Shown piece by piece: positions 52,489-61,947 of a DNA stretch of 64,000 nucleotides (position 1 is its first letter; each line of letters starts with the position of its first letter). Source of the stretch: an uncultured candidate division Zixibacteria bacterium. GTDB lineage: Bacteria > Zixibacteria > MSB-5A5 > GN15 > PGXB01. The notes beneath the pieces were generated by a model, which saw nothing but the letters and a program-made list of their open reading frames with translations, was not told the DNA's origin and made no database searches. The translations under genes were made by a program, and so were the position numbers. Location: assembly GCA_963702205.1 (NCBI GenBank), contig OY969724.1:1632001-1696000 (forward strand). The letters are read 5' to 3'.

Positions 52489-52770
52489 AATGTCATTCCC
52501 GCGTAGGCGGGAATCCAGGGTCTTCATGAAATCGTATTGCGTTTATATAATGGCCAGCAAGAAAGTCAGGATACTGTGGGCGTTAGACGCCCCCGTCTGA
52601 CGCCTGGCTGATTTATTGCACCATCCGACAACCGGCAGACGAGGGCGTCTGCCGGTCACTTAATTGCAAAACACAATCTCATCTGGGATGATTTGTATGA
52701 ACAATTAATATAAGAACTGGATACCCGCCTACGCCGAAGGTGCTGAGGAACGAAGTGCGGGTATGACATT
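52489..52770. repeat. Palindrome-bounded mosaic element A containing GIY-YIG nuclease remnants
   Basis: AATGTCATTCCCGCGTAGGCGGGAATCCAG...CTGGATACCCGC...GCGGGTATGACATT; MKSYCVYIMASKK and LIAKHNLIWDDLYEQLI*. Confidence 0.8.
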
Positions 52771-52948
52771 GGAGGGGACATATGACATTGAAGAGGCATT
52801 GGTGGCCATTTTGGCGACATGCCCCCCTGCCCGCGCCTCCGAGAACCCTTCCCGACGACATTCCCCATTCGCATTCAGCATTGACAAAACCAAATCTATT
52901 ATTAACTTTACTTTGTAGGAGTTTAGCAAATTATTTGGGGGACTTATC

Positions 52949-54535
52949 ATGTTTGATAAATCTATATTCCTTGCAACTTTATTATTCTTATTAATCATCC
53001 CTTTGACTTCCTCCGCCGATTGGATAACCAAAGGTACTTACTCCGAGAAAGCTGGTATTGACTCGCTTGAAAGATTGCTGGTTATTAATGATACTCAAGA
53101 CAATACCTATTTCGGCTATGGCATTATCCCACTCGGAGATATAAATGACGATGGTAAAGACGATATAATTCTTGCCCGTACCCATTTTACCCCCCTCATT
53201 AAGGACAGCAGCTTTCTTTATTATGGAGGAAATCCGCCTGACGGTAATCCTGATGCTGCTTTTGACAATTTTACCCCGTTCACATTTAATATCGGTGACA
53301 TAAATGGCGATGGTTATGATGATCTGGCGAGAGAGGACTATCCAGCAAAGATATACTTGTTTTATGGCGGCCCTCTTCTTGACAATATTCCTGATTTTAC
53401 ATTTACCGGGGTTGAGGCACCATATATTCCTAAAGCAGCAGATATAGATGACGATGGCGTTCTTGATCTTGTTTTGACCGAACACCCGGCGGGGGGAAAT
53501 GTCTATATTTATAAGATGGGGGCCACTATTAGCGACATTCCTGAATATACTATCCCTGCGTTGGATCCATATTACGGGTGCCAGGTGGCAATACTGGATT
53601 TCAATGGGGACGGCTATGCGGATATTGCCGCTGCCTATATGAATACCGTGGATGATATTTACAAGGTCTTGCTATATTGGGGAGGGCCTGATTTTGATAC
53701 GACACCGGATTTTGAGATTCCCGGTAACGCAGATCTTTTTGGCAATCTTACAAGACCAGCCGGCGATTTTAACGGAGATGGATACGATGACTTAATCATA
53801 ATGGGTTTGGCCAACGCGAGGTTTGGCGTCTTTTTTGGAGGCCCGGATTATGATGATCAACTTGACATTCCTTTAAATTATAGGGGGTCTACCAGCTACT
53901 TTGTCCCGAGTACCGTTGACATTGCCGGTGATGTCAACAACGATGGCTATAATGATATTATTGTTGGATATATGCTTGATGGCCTTACCGGTTGGTTTTA
54001 TCTTCACCTGGGCGGGCCCGATGTCGACTCAATAGCCGATGTAGTACTTTCTGACTTCGATTTTCTTCCCGAAAGCGTTAATGGTTACGGCAAGTGCCTG
54101 GCCGGTATCGGCGATTTTAATGGCGATGGCCTTGACGACTTCGCTGTAAGATCACAGACAGACGTCCAGGTTCATTGGCAAAGTATGGTTCATATCTTTT
54201 CCGGCTGGGATAATTCAACGGTGGACGTTCCCTATGACTATGAACCAACCGTGCCGAATGCGTTTAAATTAAATCAGAATTATCCCAATCCATTTAATCC
54301 AACGACGACAATTTCTTTCGAGATTCCAAATAAAACTCACGCTGTACTGAGCATACACAACATCCTCGGACAACAAGTGGCACGGCTGATAGACAAAGAC
54401 CTCGCGGCCGGATCATACAACGTCAAATGGAACGGCACCGACGGTTCCAATAAACCTCTTGCCTCCGGCGTTTACTTGTACCGTCTGACCACCGACAAAG
54501 CCGTGTATTCTAAGAAGATGATATTAATGAAATAG
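52949..54535 (+). CDS. Secreted FG-GAP repeat protein with FlgD-Ig/T9SS-type-A-like C-terminus
   Basis: Signal peptide, repeated GDxNGDGYDD motifs, QNYPNPFNP...SKKMILMK. Confidence 0.88.
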   Translation: MFDKSIFLATLLFLLIIPLTSSADWITKGTYSEKAGIDSLERLLVINDTQDNTYFGYGIIPLGDINDDGKDDIILARTHFTPLIKDSSFLYYGGNPPDGNPDAAFDNFTPFTFNIGDINGDGYDDLAREDYPAKIYLFYGGPLLDNIPDFTFTGVEAPYIPKAADIDDDGVLDLVLTEHPAGGNVYIYKMGATISDIPEYTIPALDPYYGCQVAILDFNGDGYADIAAAYMNTVDDIYKVLLYWGGPDFDTTPDFEIPGNADLFGNLTRPAGDFNGDGYDDLIIMGLANARFGVFFGGPDYDDQLDIPLNYRGSTSYFVPSTVDIAGDVNNDGYNDIIVGYMLDGLTGWFYLHLGGPDVDSIADVVLSDFDFLPESVNGYGKCLAGIGDFNGDGLDDFAVRSQTDVQVHWQSMVHIFSGWDNSTVDVPYDYEPTVPNAFKLNQNYPNPFNPTTTISFEIPNKTHAVLSIHNILGQQVARLIDKDLAAGSYNVKWNGTDGSNKPLASGVYLYRLTTDKAVYSKKMILMK

Positions 54536-54610
54536 CCTTCGATCAGGATCACGCATTGTTCCCGAAGCACTATAGGCCAAATGAAACTCTAATGAGCAGA
54601 TTGCCATAAT

Positions 54611-54993
54611 AATGTCATTCCCGCGTACGCGGGAATCCAGTCTTTATTGCAGTTCCGTCAGGTCCTGCGCCGGAGGCGTGTGACCTGACGGTTCTTAATT
54701 GTGTCAGGTCACACCCATAGGAATGGGCAGGACCTGACACAACTTTGTTTCCGAGTTAGATTGTATTGTACGAATAACTAATGTAATAACTGGACACCGT
54801 GGGCGTTAGACGCCTTCGTCTGACGCCTCGTTGATTTATGGCACAATCCAACAACCGGCAGGTCCAAGTAGGTCAGGAGCCGTGCGCTCCTGACGTCTTT
54901 GATTTGATGATCTTTAAGATGTCTACAATATTTCAAAGACTGGATACCCGCCTACGCCGAAGGTGCTGAGGAACGAAGAGCGGGTATGACATT
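54611..54993. repeat. Palindrome-bounded mosaic element B
   Basis: Same outer ends as element A, shared GTGGGCGTTAGACGCC REP, extra GTCAGGTC...GACCTGAC hairpins. Confidence 0.8.
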
Positions 54994-55067
54994 GAAGGGG
55001 ACTTTGGAAACCATCTCAGAGCAGTAGGCCACACCGACTCGCGGCGTGACATATTTCTTGAACGAAA

Positions 55068-55883
55068 TTAAAAAGATTCTTCTTCGGAAGGATACCGTCC
55101 GGTGCGGACGTCGCCGATGTACGCCCTGGCGGCCTTTTCGATTTCTGCCGAAAGGTCGGTGTAACGCCGTACAAATTTCGGCTTGAAGATATCGTACAGT
55201 CCCAGAATATCATTGATGACCAACACCTGCCCATCACAGTGTGGTCCGGCCCCGATACCGATAGTCGGGATGCCGACCGATTTCGTGATTTCGGCCGAGG
55301 TGTCGCTCTGGATCAGTTCCAGGACTATCGAGTACGCTCCCGCTTCTTCCAGAGCCTGGGCCGATTCCAGTAAGTACTGTATTGATTTATCGGCGCGTCC
55401 CTGTACTTTCGGCCCGCCGAAGCGATGAATCGACTGCGGTGTCATGCCGATGTGACCCATCACGGGAATCCCGCAATCGGTGATGCGTTTGATGGTCGGC
55501 GCCATCTCGACGCCGCCTTCGAGCTTGACCGTATCGCACCCCGTCTCACGCATGAACCGCCCGGCGTTATTAACCGCCGTTTCGAACGAGGGCTGATAGG
55601 ACATGTACGGCATGTCGGCGATAACCAGTGCCGACGGATTGGACAGCGCGACGGCTTTGACATGGGCCAGCATTATATCCATATTGACCGCAAGGGTCGT
55701 ATCGTTACCATAGAGCGCCATACTAACCGAATCTCCGACCAGAAGGGCATCGACTCCGGCGCGGTCAAGAAATTTCGCGGTGAAATAGTCATAGGCGGTC
55801 AGCACCGCTATTTTTTCGCCCTTGCGCTTTTTTTCGGCGAATGTCTGAATCGTGACTTTTTTTCTTTTTTCGTTTTTATCCAA
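55068..55883 (-). CDS. panB: 3-methyl-2-oxobutanoate hydroxymethyltransferase
   Basis: LTAYD, LVGDS, ADMP, VKLEGG, GHIG, IGIGAG. Confidence 0.96.
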   Translation of the reverse strand: MDKNEKRKKVTIQTFAEKKRKGEKIAVLTAYDYFTAKFLDRAGVDALLVGDSVSMALYGNDTTLAVNMDIMLAHVKAVALSNPSALVIADMPYMSYQPSFETAVNNAGRFMRETGCDTVKLEGGVEMAPTIKRITDCGIPVMGHIGMTPQSIHRFGGPKVQGRADKSIQYLLESAQALEEAGAYSIVLELIQSDTSAEITKSVGIPTIGIGAGPHCDGQVLVINDILGLYDIFKPKFVRRYTDLSAEIEKAARAYIGDVRTGRYPSEEESF

Positions 55884-55898
55884 GGGAATAATCTCCGA

Positions 55899-56543
55899 TC
55901 AGGCGGCGTGACCGGCCGGAACGTAATATTTTTTCCCGGCCACGGGCTTTTCGATGATTTGCACGAGGTTTTCGAAATCATCGGAATTTTCGACAAAGTC
56001 GATGTCATCGGTCTTAACCACCAGAAGAGGCGTATCGCTGAAATGGAAGAAATGATAGTTGAACGATTCGTTCAGCTGTTCGATATAGTCGCTGCTGATA
56101 GGCCGCTCGAAAGACAGATTGCGTTTGCGGATGCGCTCCATAAGGATCGGTGTCGAAGCCTGGAGATAAACGGTCAGATCAGGTTTGGGAATATCGGCGG
56201 TCAGGAGCGGCACCAGTTTATTGTAGAGAATCTGCTCGCGGTTCGAGAGCGTTATCGAGGCGAAAACCTGGTTGCGGTCGAAAGAATAGTCGGCGACTAT
56301 TTTCTGGGCGAACAGATCGCGTGCCACCAGCGCCTGTTGCTGCTGATAGCGGGTCATCAGGAAAAAGATTTGAGTAGAAAAAGCGTACTTTTTCTGATTT
56401 TTGTAGAAGTCCACGAGGAAGGGATTGTCCATAGCCTCATCGAGGACCAGTTCCGCGCCGATTTTTTCGGCCAGCATCCGGGCGAAGGTTGATTTGCCGA
56501 CGCCGATGACGCCTTCAATGGCGATATAATTAGGTTCGAGCAT
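55899..56543 (-). CDS. Deoxynucleoside kinase
   Basis: IAIEGVIGVGKST, NPFLVDFY, PDLTVYL, RIRKRN..FE. Confidence 0.92.
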   Translation of the reverse strand: MLEPNYIAIEGVIGVGKSTFARMLAEKIGAELVLDEAMDNPFLVDFYKNQKKYAFSTQIFFLMTRYQQQQALVARDLFAQKIVADYSFDRNQVFASITLSNREQILYNKLVPLLTADIPKPDLTVYLQASTPILMERIRKRNLSFERPISSDYIEQLNESFNYHFFHFSDTPLLVVKTDDIDFVENSDDFENLVQIIEKPVAGKKYYVPAGHAA

Positions 56544-57045
56544 CCTTAGTCGAAAATTCTTTATATAATGTAAGATCTCTGCTTTTAATTTCCCGGTAAT
56601 ATACGGAAATTTTCTCGTGTGTCACGGGATGAATTAAATTTTTGTCGATTTCCAGAAGCGGCGCGATGACAAATTCCCGCTGAAGCATTTTGCGATGAGG
56701 GATCGACAGGTCTTTCATTTCGATGACCTGATTTCCGAACAATATAATGTCGATATCAATCGTTCGCGGTTTCAGCTCGCCTTTGCCGGTCCGTCCCAGT
56801 TGATTTTCAATTCTCTGGAGGTTGTTCAAGAGCTCCATCGGGCGGTATTTGTAGCGCCCTTCCAGCGCCAGATTCATGAAATCCGGGGCTTTGTCGTCCA
56901 TTTCAACCGGCTGGCTTATATATAAAGAGGAACAGGTGACGGTTTCGAATCCTTCCAGGGCCGAAATGGCTTCCACGGCCCTGACGAGGTTTTGTTCACG
57001 GTCTCCCAGATTAGAACCTAAAGACAGATATACAGTTTCGCTCAT
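56530..57045 (-). CDS. folK: HPPK
   Basis: YLSLGSNLGDR, PRTIDIDII, IPH...R.FV. Confidence 0.95.
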   Translation of the reverse strand: MSETVYLSLGSNLGDREQNLVRAVEAISALEGFETVTCSSLYISQPVEMDDKAPDFMNLALEGRYKYRPMELLNNLQRIENQLGRTGKGELKPRTIDIDIILFGNQVIEMKDLSIPHRKMLQREFVIAPLLEIDKNLIHPVTHEKISVYYREIKSRDLTLYKEFSTKDART

Positions 57046-57056
57046 GCGACCTCCTT

Positions 57057-57452
57057 TTATTCTTTATTATCGGACAATATCCGGGTCGCATCAGGCTGAT
57101 GTCGGGAAACTTCCACCTCGATATTATCTATGGTTCCTGCGATAGGAGGCGTCATTTTGCGGACGCGCACGGTTACGCGAAAAACGGCGAATTTGCCGAG
57201 AAGGTCTTCGGCGATCGCTTTGGCCAGCGATTCCAGAAGAGAGAAGGCTTTGCCCTCGACGATTTCGCGGACAGACGAATACACGGCGACGTAATCAATG
57301 GTGTCGGTCAGATTGTCGGTTTGTCCGGACGGGGCAAGGTCGGCTTCGAGCTCGCAATCGACCTCGAATCGTCGGCCGGTCTCTTTCTCGGCGGCGCTGA
57401 CGCCGTGATAACCATAGAAAACCATTTTGTTTAATCTGATCACATCCATCAT
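57057..57452 (-). CDS. folB: Dihydroneopterin aldolase
   Basis: FYGYHGV..AE, TIDY, FSLLESLA, VRK. Confidence 0.95.
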   Translation of the reverse strand: MMDVIRLNKMVFYGYHGVSAAEKETGRRFEVDCELEADLAPSGQTDNLTDTIDYVAVYSSVREIVEGKAFSLLESLAKAIAEDLLGKFAVFRVTVRVRKMTPPIAGTIDNIEVEVSRHQPDATRILSDNKE

Positions 57453-58625
57453 TTATCTCTTTGGTTTGGTCAATATTGTCGTGCCCGATTCCAGCCTTTG
57501 CCGCGCCATTTGATAATCCTCGACCGAGGCCGTCAACGACAGCCGGAAATGGCCGTCGCCGGTTTCTCCGAAGGCGTTGCCCGGCAACACGAGAATGCCC
57601 TTGCGGCGGATAAGAGTCTGGGCCAAAGTTCCGGATAAACGCCGTCCCGGAATTTTGATCCACAGGAACGGGCTGGATTTGCCGCCGACAATTTCCCAGC
57701 CGTATTTTTCCACCAGTCCGGACGCCTCGTGACGGGCTCCGGCAATCGCTTTTCGCGTGTCTGTAAGCTCTTTCGACGGATATTTTTTTATGGCATCGAC
57801 GGCCTGTTCTATCCAGGCCAGCGGAATTATTGTCCCCAGTGTTTTAGCGAAATGCTCCAGGCCCCGGATTATCTCCCGTTGCCCGACCGCGAAACATAAC
57901 GGCATATAGGCCAGGCCGAACGTGAATGGTAACGAAAACAGCTCCAGCGCGACTTTCGGACCGCCCGGAACTGACAGGAGCGATACATATTTTTCCTCGG
58001 CCAGCGAGCTATAGGCGGCGTCGTTGATGATGAAGATGTTCATTTTCGAGGCCGCGCGCACCATATTCGAGAGGTCGGTTTGATCGAGCATCATGCCGGT
58101 CGGGTTGTGGGGATTGTTCAGGAACAATATTTTGGCCGTCTTGCCGAGATTCGACGAAATTATTTTCATCGACGGCTTATATTCCGTGTTTTTTGAAATC
58201 GGGTAGGTTACCGGAACCCCTCCGGCGGCGATAACCATCTTTTTATAAAATGAAATTCCCGGCTCGGGGCAGAGGACCGTGTCACCGTGGTCGACGAAGG
58301 CCAGACAGATGTCGAATACGGTACGTCGGATTCCCTGACCGACATAAATTTCCTTTCCGGGAATAACTTTAATGCCGAGTTCGCTTTTCAGCCATTCAGC
58401 CAGGATAATTTTGAAATCGGCGATGTCGTCGCGGCGGGCCAGTTGCGCTCCGGATTTTTCGGAACCGGCTATTCGCATGCCCGGCATCCAGCGGAATTTG
58501 GCGAGATCAATAATAGGCAATTTTTTAGGGTTGCGCACCAGCGTCTTCTTGGGCAGGTATTCTTCAATGTCGAACGGAAAGTGATACAACTTGTCGGATT
58601 TTTCCAGAATGACCTTTTTAATCAT
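57453..58625 (-). CDS. Class I/II aminotransferase homologue (LL-DAP aminotransferase-like) lacking the PLP lysine
   Basis: NNPHNPTG, DAAY, PGNAFG...FRLSL present; SLSKT replaced by SLPFT. Confidence 0.8.
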   Translation of the reverse strand: MIKKVILEKSDKLYHFPFDIEEYLPKKTLVRNPKKLPIIDLAKFRWMPGMRIAGSEKSGAQLARRDDIADFKIILAEWLKSELGIKVIPGKEIYVGQGIRRTVFDICLAFVDHGDTVLCPEPGISFYKKMVIAAGGVPVTYPISKNTEYKPSMKIISSNLGKTAKILFLNNPHNPTGMMLDQTDLSNMVRAASKMNIFIINDAAYSSLAEEKYVSLLSVPGGPKVALELFSLPFTFGLAYMPLCFAVGQREIIRGLEHFAKTLGTIIPLAWIEQAVDAIKKYPSKELTDTRKAIAGARHEASGLVEKYGWEIVGGKSSPFLWIKIPGRRLSGTLAQTLIRRKGILVLPGNAFGETGDGHFRLSLTASVEDYQMARQRLESGTTILTKPKR

Positions 58626-59274
58626 CGGTGGACCTGTCGGAGCTTAACGATTTCCCTATCATTTCCAGCCGGCGGATTTCATCCGGGACCAGCGGGTCTA
58701 TTTCCCCAAAAGCCGAGGCAATATAGGCAATTCGAGCCAAATTTTCAACCATTTCCATGCGGATGAACGCCTCTTCCATGTTTCGCCCCAAAGTCAGGAC
58801 GCCGTGATTTTTCATAATAAAGGCGTTATGACCTTCAATGTGTTTTTCCAGATGCTCGGCCAGCTGGTCGGAACCGGGTGGGGCATATTCCACCGTAGTG
58901 ATGCGGCCGACAATGACGACGGCTTCGGGCAAGAATGCCTGAGGAAACGGGGTGCCGGTCACGCCGATGGCAGTAGCGTGCGGCGGGTGGGCGTGGCAGC
59001 AGGCCGATATTTCCGGCCGGTTGCGATAAGCCGCAATATGTATCCTGTATTCCGAGGAAGGTTCTTTCTGCCCGAGCTTCGGTGCGCCTCGCTCATCCAA
59101 TTCGATTATATCGTGCGTTTCCAGCCGCCCCAGGCAGGCCCCGGCGGCGGTAATACAGACGCGGCCGGATTCGTCGCGAACCGAGAGGTTTCCCTGGCTG
59201 GCAATCACCAGCGACCGGTCATAAAGCCTTCGGCCGAATTCGATTAAGGTCGTCACGAATATGTCTTTGGGCAT
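58618..59274 (-). CDS. Class II aldolase/adducin family protein
   Basis: GNLSVR, PSSEYRIH, HAHP, NHG. Confidence 0.9.
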   Translation of the reverse strand: MPKDIFVTTLIEFGRRLYDRSLVIASQGNLSVRDESGRVCITAAGACLGRLETHDIIELDERGAPKLGQKEPSSEYRIHIAAYRNRPEISACCHAHPPHATAIGVTGTPFPQAFLPEAVVIVGRITTVEYAPPGSDQLAEHLEKHIEGHNAFIMKNHGVLTLGRNMEEAFIRMEMVENLARIAYIASAFGEIDPLVPDEIRRLEMIGKSLSSDRSTDD

Positions 59275-59421
59275 AACTTTAAATGATAATTGAAGCTATT
59301 TGAAATGTCAACGGTGCCGTCGGAAACAAATTGGGGCTTTATAAGATTTAATATATCAGAAACTTATGGGTGTAACTCTGCATGAATTGAAACTTTTGAA
59401 AATTTGTCAAGTAAAAAATTA

Positions 59422-59450
59422 TTGACGAGATGAAAGAAATTACGTATTAT
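59422..59450 (+). promoter_or_regulatory. Putative sigma70 promoter of degP
   Basis: TTGACG-N17-TATTAT. Confidence 0.55.
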
Positions 59451-59476
59451 AAGAAGTTATCCAATTTGGAGGAGGC

Positions 59477-60982
59477 ATGTTGAACGGGAATTCTCACCGC
59501 CCGCAAAAGGGCGCAAGGGGCAGTTATTCTTATTTTCGCTGGATATTCCTGGCTATAGGTTTGATTATTCTGGGAGTAGTGATTGCTTCCAATCTGAGTC
59601 TGGAACCGAAAGCCGTTGCCGACGTCACCGAAAGCAACCCGTATCCGGTAGTAAAAACCGATGAGGGGGTCTATCATTCACCATTCGTAGGCGTGGTAAA
59701 ACGCGTGCAGGACGCCGTGGTTAATGTCTCCGCGACCATCAAGAGTGATAATCGTCAATACGATGATTTATTCTGGCGCTTTTTCCAGGTTCCTCAGGAA
59801 CCATCGACATCGTACGGTTCAGGGTTTTTCTTCCGTGACGACGGTTATATTTTGACCAACAACCATGTCATTCGCAACTCGGATAAAGTAGTGGTTCGGA
59901 CGTCAACCGGTTACGTTTACGACGCCAAAATTGTCGGGGCCGATCCCCAGACCGATTTAGCCGTTCTTAAGGTCGACCCTCAGGAAAAGATCACTATTAT
60001 ACCGTTCGGCAATTCCGACAGCATCATGGTGGGTGACTGGAGTATCGCCATCGGTAATCCGTTCCCGCAGGTGGGTTTGGACCGCACCGTCACGGTTGGC
60101 GTTATTTCGGCCAAAGGCCGCACCAATCTTCGTTTCGGCGAAGGCACGCCGCAATATCAGGATTTCATCCAGACCGACGCCTCGATCAACCCCGGCAATT
60201 CCGGCGGACCGCTGATTAATCTCAACGGAGAGGCGATCGGAGTCAACTCAGCTATATCGAGCCCCTCGGGTGGATCGGTCGGCATCGGTTTCGCGATACC
60301 GATTAATATCGCGAGAGCGATCGTTCCCGACCTGATCGAATCCGGCAAAGTTAGTCGTGGGTGGCTGGGCGTTTGGTTGTCCGACGTGACGCCCGAATTC
60401 GCCCGCGACCACGGTATGGATAAAGTTGGCGGCGTCTTGATCGATTCGGTCTTTTCCGGTTCTCCGGCCGACCAGGCCGGGATTAAAGGCGGCGATATAC
60501 TGTCGAAATTCAACGATCATGATATTGCCGAAATGGCCCAGTTCTCCGTATTAATTGCAACTGCACCTAAGAACAAGCCCTCGAAGATCGAAGTAATCAG
60601 AGACGGCAAACCAATGACGGTCACCGCTGTAATTACGGACAGAGATACATACCAGCGTGCGCATTCCGACCAATTCAGCAACACCGGTCAGGTTTTGGCC
60701 TGGCAGGGAATGGAGCTTTTGACTTTTACGCAGGATATAGCACAACGTATTGGCTCGGATTATTTCCCCGGCGTATATATAAATAGGGTAGCAAGAAACT
60801 CTGCGGCGGATCGATCGGGAATATTGCCCGGTTCGGTCATAACGCAGGTTAATGATAGTGCAGTAAAGAACCTGGTTGATTTGCAACAGGCAGCGGAACA
60901 AAGCAGGGATGTAAAAAAGGCCATTCCCCTTCTGCTCGTGGATCCCAGGGGTTCAATAGAGTACAAGGCTTTGAAGCCCTGA
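59477..60982 (+). CDS. degP: Do/DegP-family serine endoprotease with two PDZ domains
   Basis: GSGF, TNNHV, DLAVLK, INPGNSGGPL. Confidence 0.93.
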   Translation: MLNGNSHRPQKGARGSYSYFRWIFLAIGLIILGVVIASNLSLEPKAVADVTESNPYPVVKTDEGVYHSPFVGVVKRVQDAVVNVSATIKSDNRQYDDLFWRFFQVPQEPSTSYGSGFFFRDDGYILTNNHVIRNSDKVVVRTSTGYVYDAKIVGADPQTDLAVLKVDPQEKITIIPFGNSDSIMVGDWSIAIGNPFPQVGLDRTVTVGVISAKGRTNLRFGEGTPQYQDFIQTDASINPGNSGGPLINLNGEAIGVNSAISSPSGGSVGIGFAIPINIARAIVPDLIESGKVSRGWLGVWLSDVTPEFARDHGMDKVGGVLIDSVFSGSPADQAGIKGGDILSKFNDHDIAEMAQFSVLIATAPKNKPSKIEVIRDGKPMTVTAVITDRDTYQRAHSDQFSNTGQVLAWQGMELLTFTQDIAQRIGSDYFPGVYINRVARNSAADRSGILPGSVITQVNDSAVKNLVDLQQAAEQSRDVKKAIPLLLVDPRGSIEYKALKP

Positions 60983-61029
60983 ACTCTTGACATAGGATAT
61001 CAACCTAAACTGGAGGATGAACATTCTTC

Positions 61030-61884
61030 GTGGCTAAACAATCGCTAAAATACCGCGATGAAGACAGATCTTTGGATCTGTACCTCCGCGAAATCGGAGA
61101 AACTCCTCTAATCACGGCAGATGAGGAAGTGCGGCTGGCTAAAAAAATAAAGCAGGGCTCAAAACTGGCCCTGGAAGCATTAACCAAAGCCAATCTGCGC
61201 TTCGTGGTGTCTGTCGCCAAACAGTATCAAAACCAGGGTTTGTCCCTGGCCGATTTGATCAACGAAGGTAACATCGGCCTGATAAAGGCGGCCAAGCGTT
61301 TCGATGAAACGCGCGGATTCAAGTTTATCAGTTATGCCGTATGGTGGATTCGTCAGGCGATATTGCAGGCCCTGGCCGAACAAAGCCGAATTGTCAGACT
61401 GCCGCTCAACCGCGTCGGCACGCTGCACAAGATCGGCAAGATTTCCAGTTCGCTGGAGCAGGGTCTGGGTCGCGAGCCGTCGCCCGATGAAATCGCCCGG
61501 GAGCTTGACCTGTCCGAGGGTGAGGTTTCCGATACCCTCAAGATATCCAACTCGCATTTGTCTCTCGACGCGCCGTTTTCAGTGTCTGAGGACAATTCGC
61601 TGATCGATATTCTCGAAGACGAATATCAACCGGCCCCCGACGAGGAACTGCTGGAGCATTCGCTCAAGCTGGAGATCGAAAAGGCCCTGGATACCCTGAC
61701 GCCGCGCGAAGCCGAAGTTATCAGCCTGTATTTCGGGCTGAACTACGAAAAGGCGCTGACGCTTGAAGAAATCGGAGCCCGTTTTTCGCTCACCCGCGAA
61801 AGGGTCCGGCAAATCAAGGAAAAAGCGATCCGTCGCCTGAGACACGCTTCCCGCAGTCGATCACTTCGGGCTTATCTGAATTAG
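61030..61884 (+). CDS. RpoD/SigA-family sigma factor lacking region 1.1
   Basis: [41 protein letters not shown]. Confidence 0.93.
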   Translation: MAKQSLKYRDEDRSLDLYLREIGETPLITADEEVRLAKKIKQGSKLALEALTKANLRFVVSVAKQYQNQGLSLADLINEGNIGLIKAAKRFDETRGFKFISYAVWWIRQAILQALAEQSRIVRLPLNRVGTLHKIGKISSSLEQGLGREPSPDEIARELDLSEGEVSDTLKISNSHLSLDAPFSVSEDNSLIDILEDEYQPAPDEELLEHSLKLEIEKALDTLTPREAEVISLYFGLNYEKALTLEEIGARFSLTRERVRQIKEKAIRRLRHASRSRSLRAYLN

Positions 61885-61903
61885 TCGAAAAACAACTTAA
61901 TAG

Positions 61904-61936
61904 AAAAAGCCGCCCAAATCGTCGGGCGGCTTTTTT
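61904..61936. terminator. Bidirectional terminator
   Basis: AAAAAGCCGCCC...GGGCGGCTTTTTT. Confidence 0.85.
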
Positions 61937-61947
61937 GTTTTAATTTA

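Noticed and set aside
55425..56492. 355-aa plus-strand ORF
   Set aside because: Antisense to panB and the deoxynucleoside kinase gene
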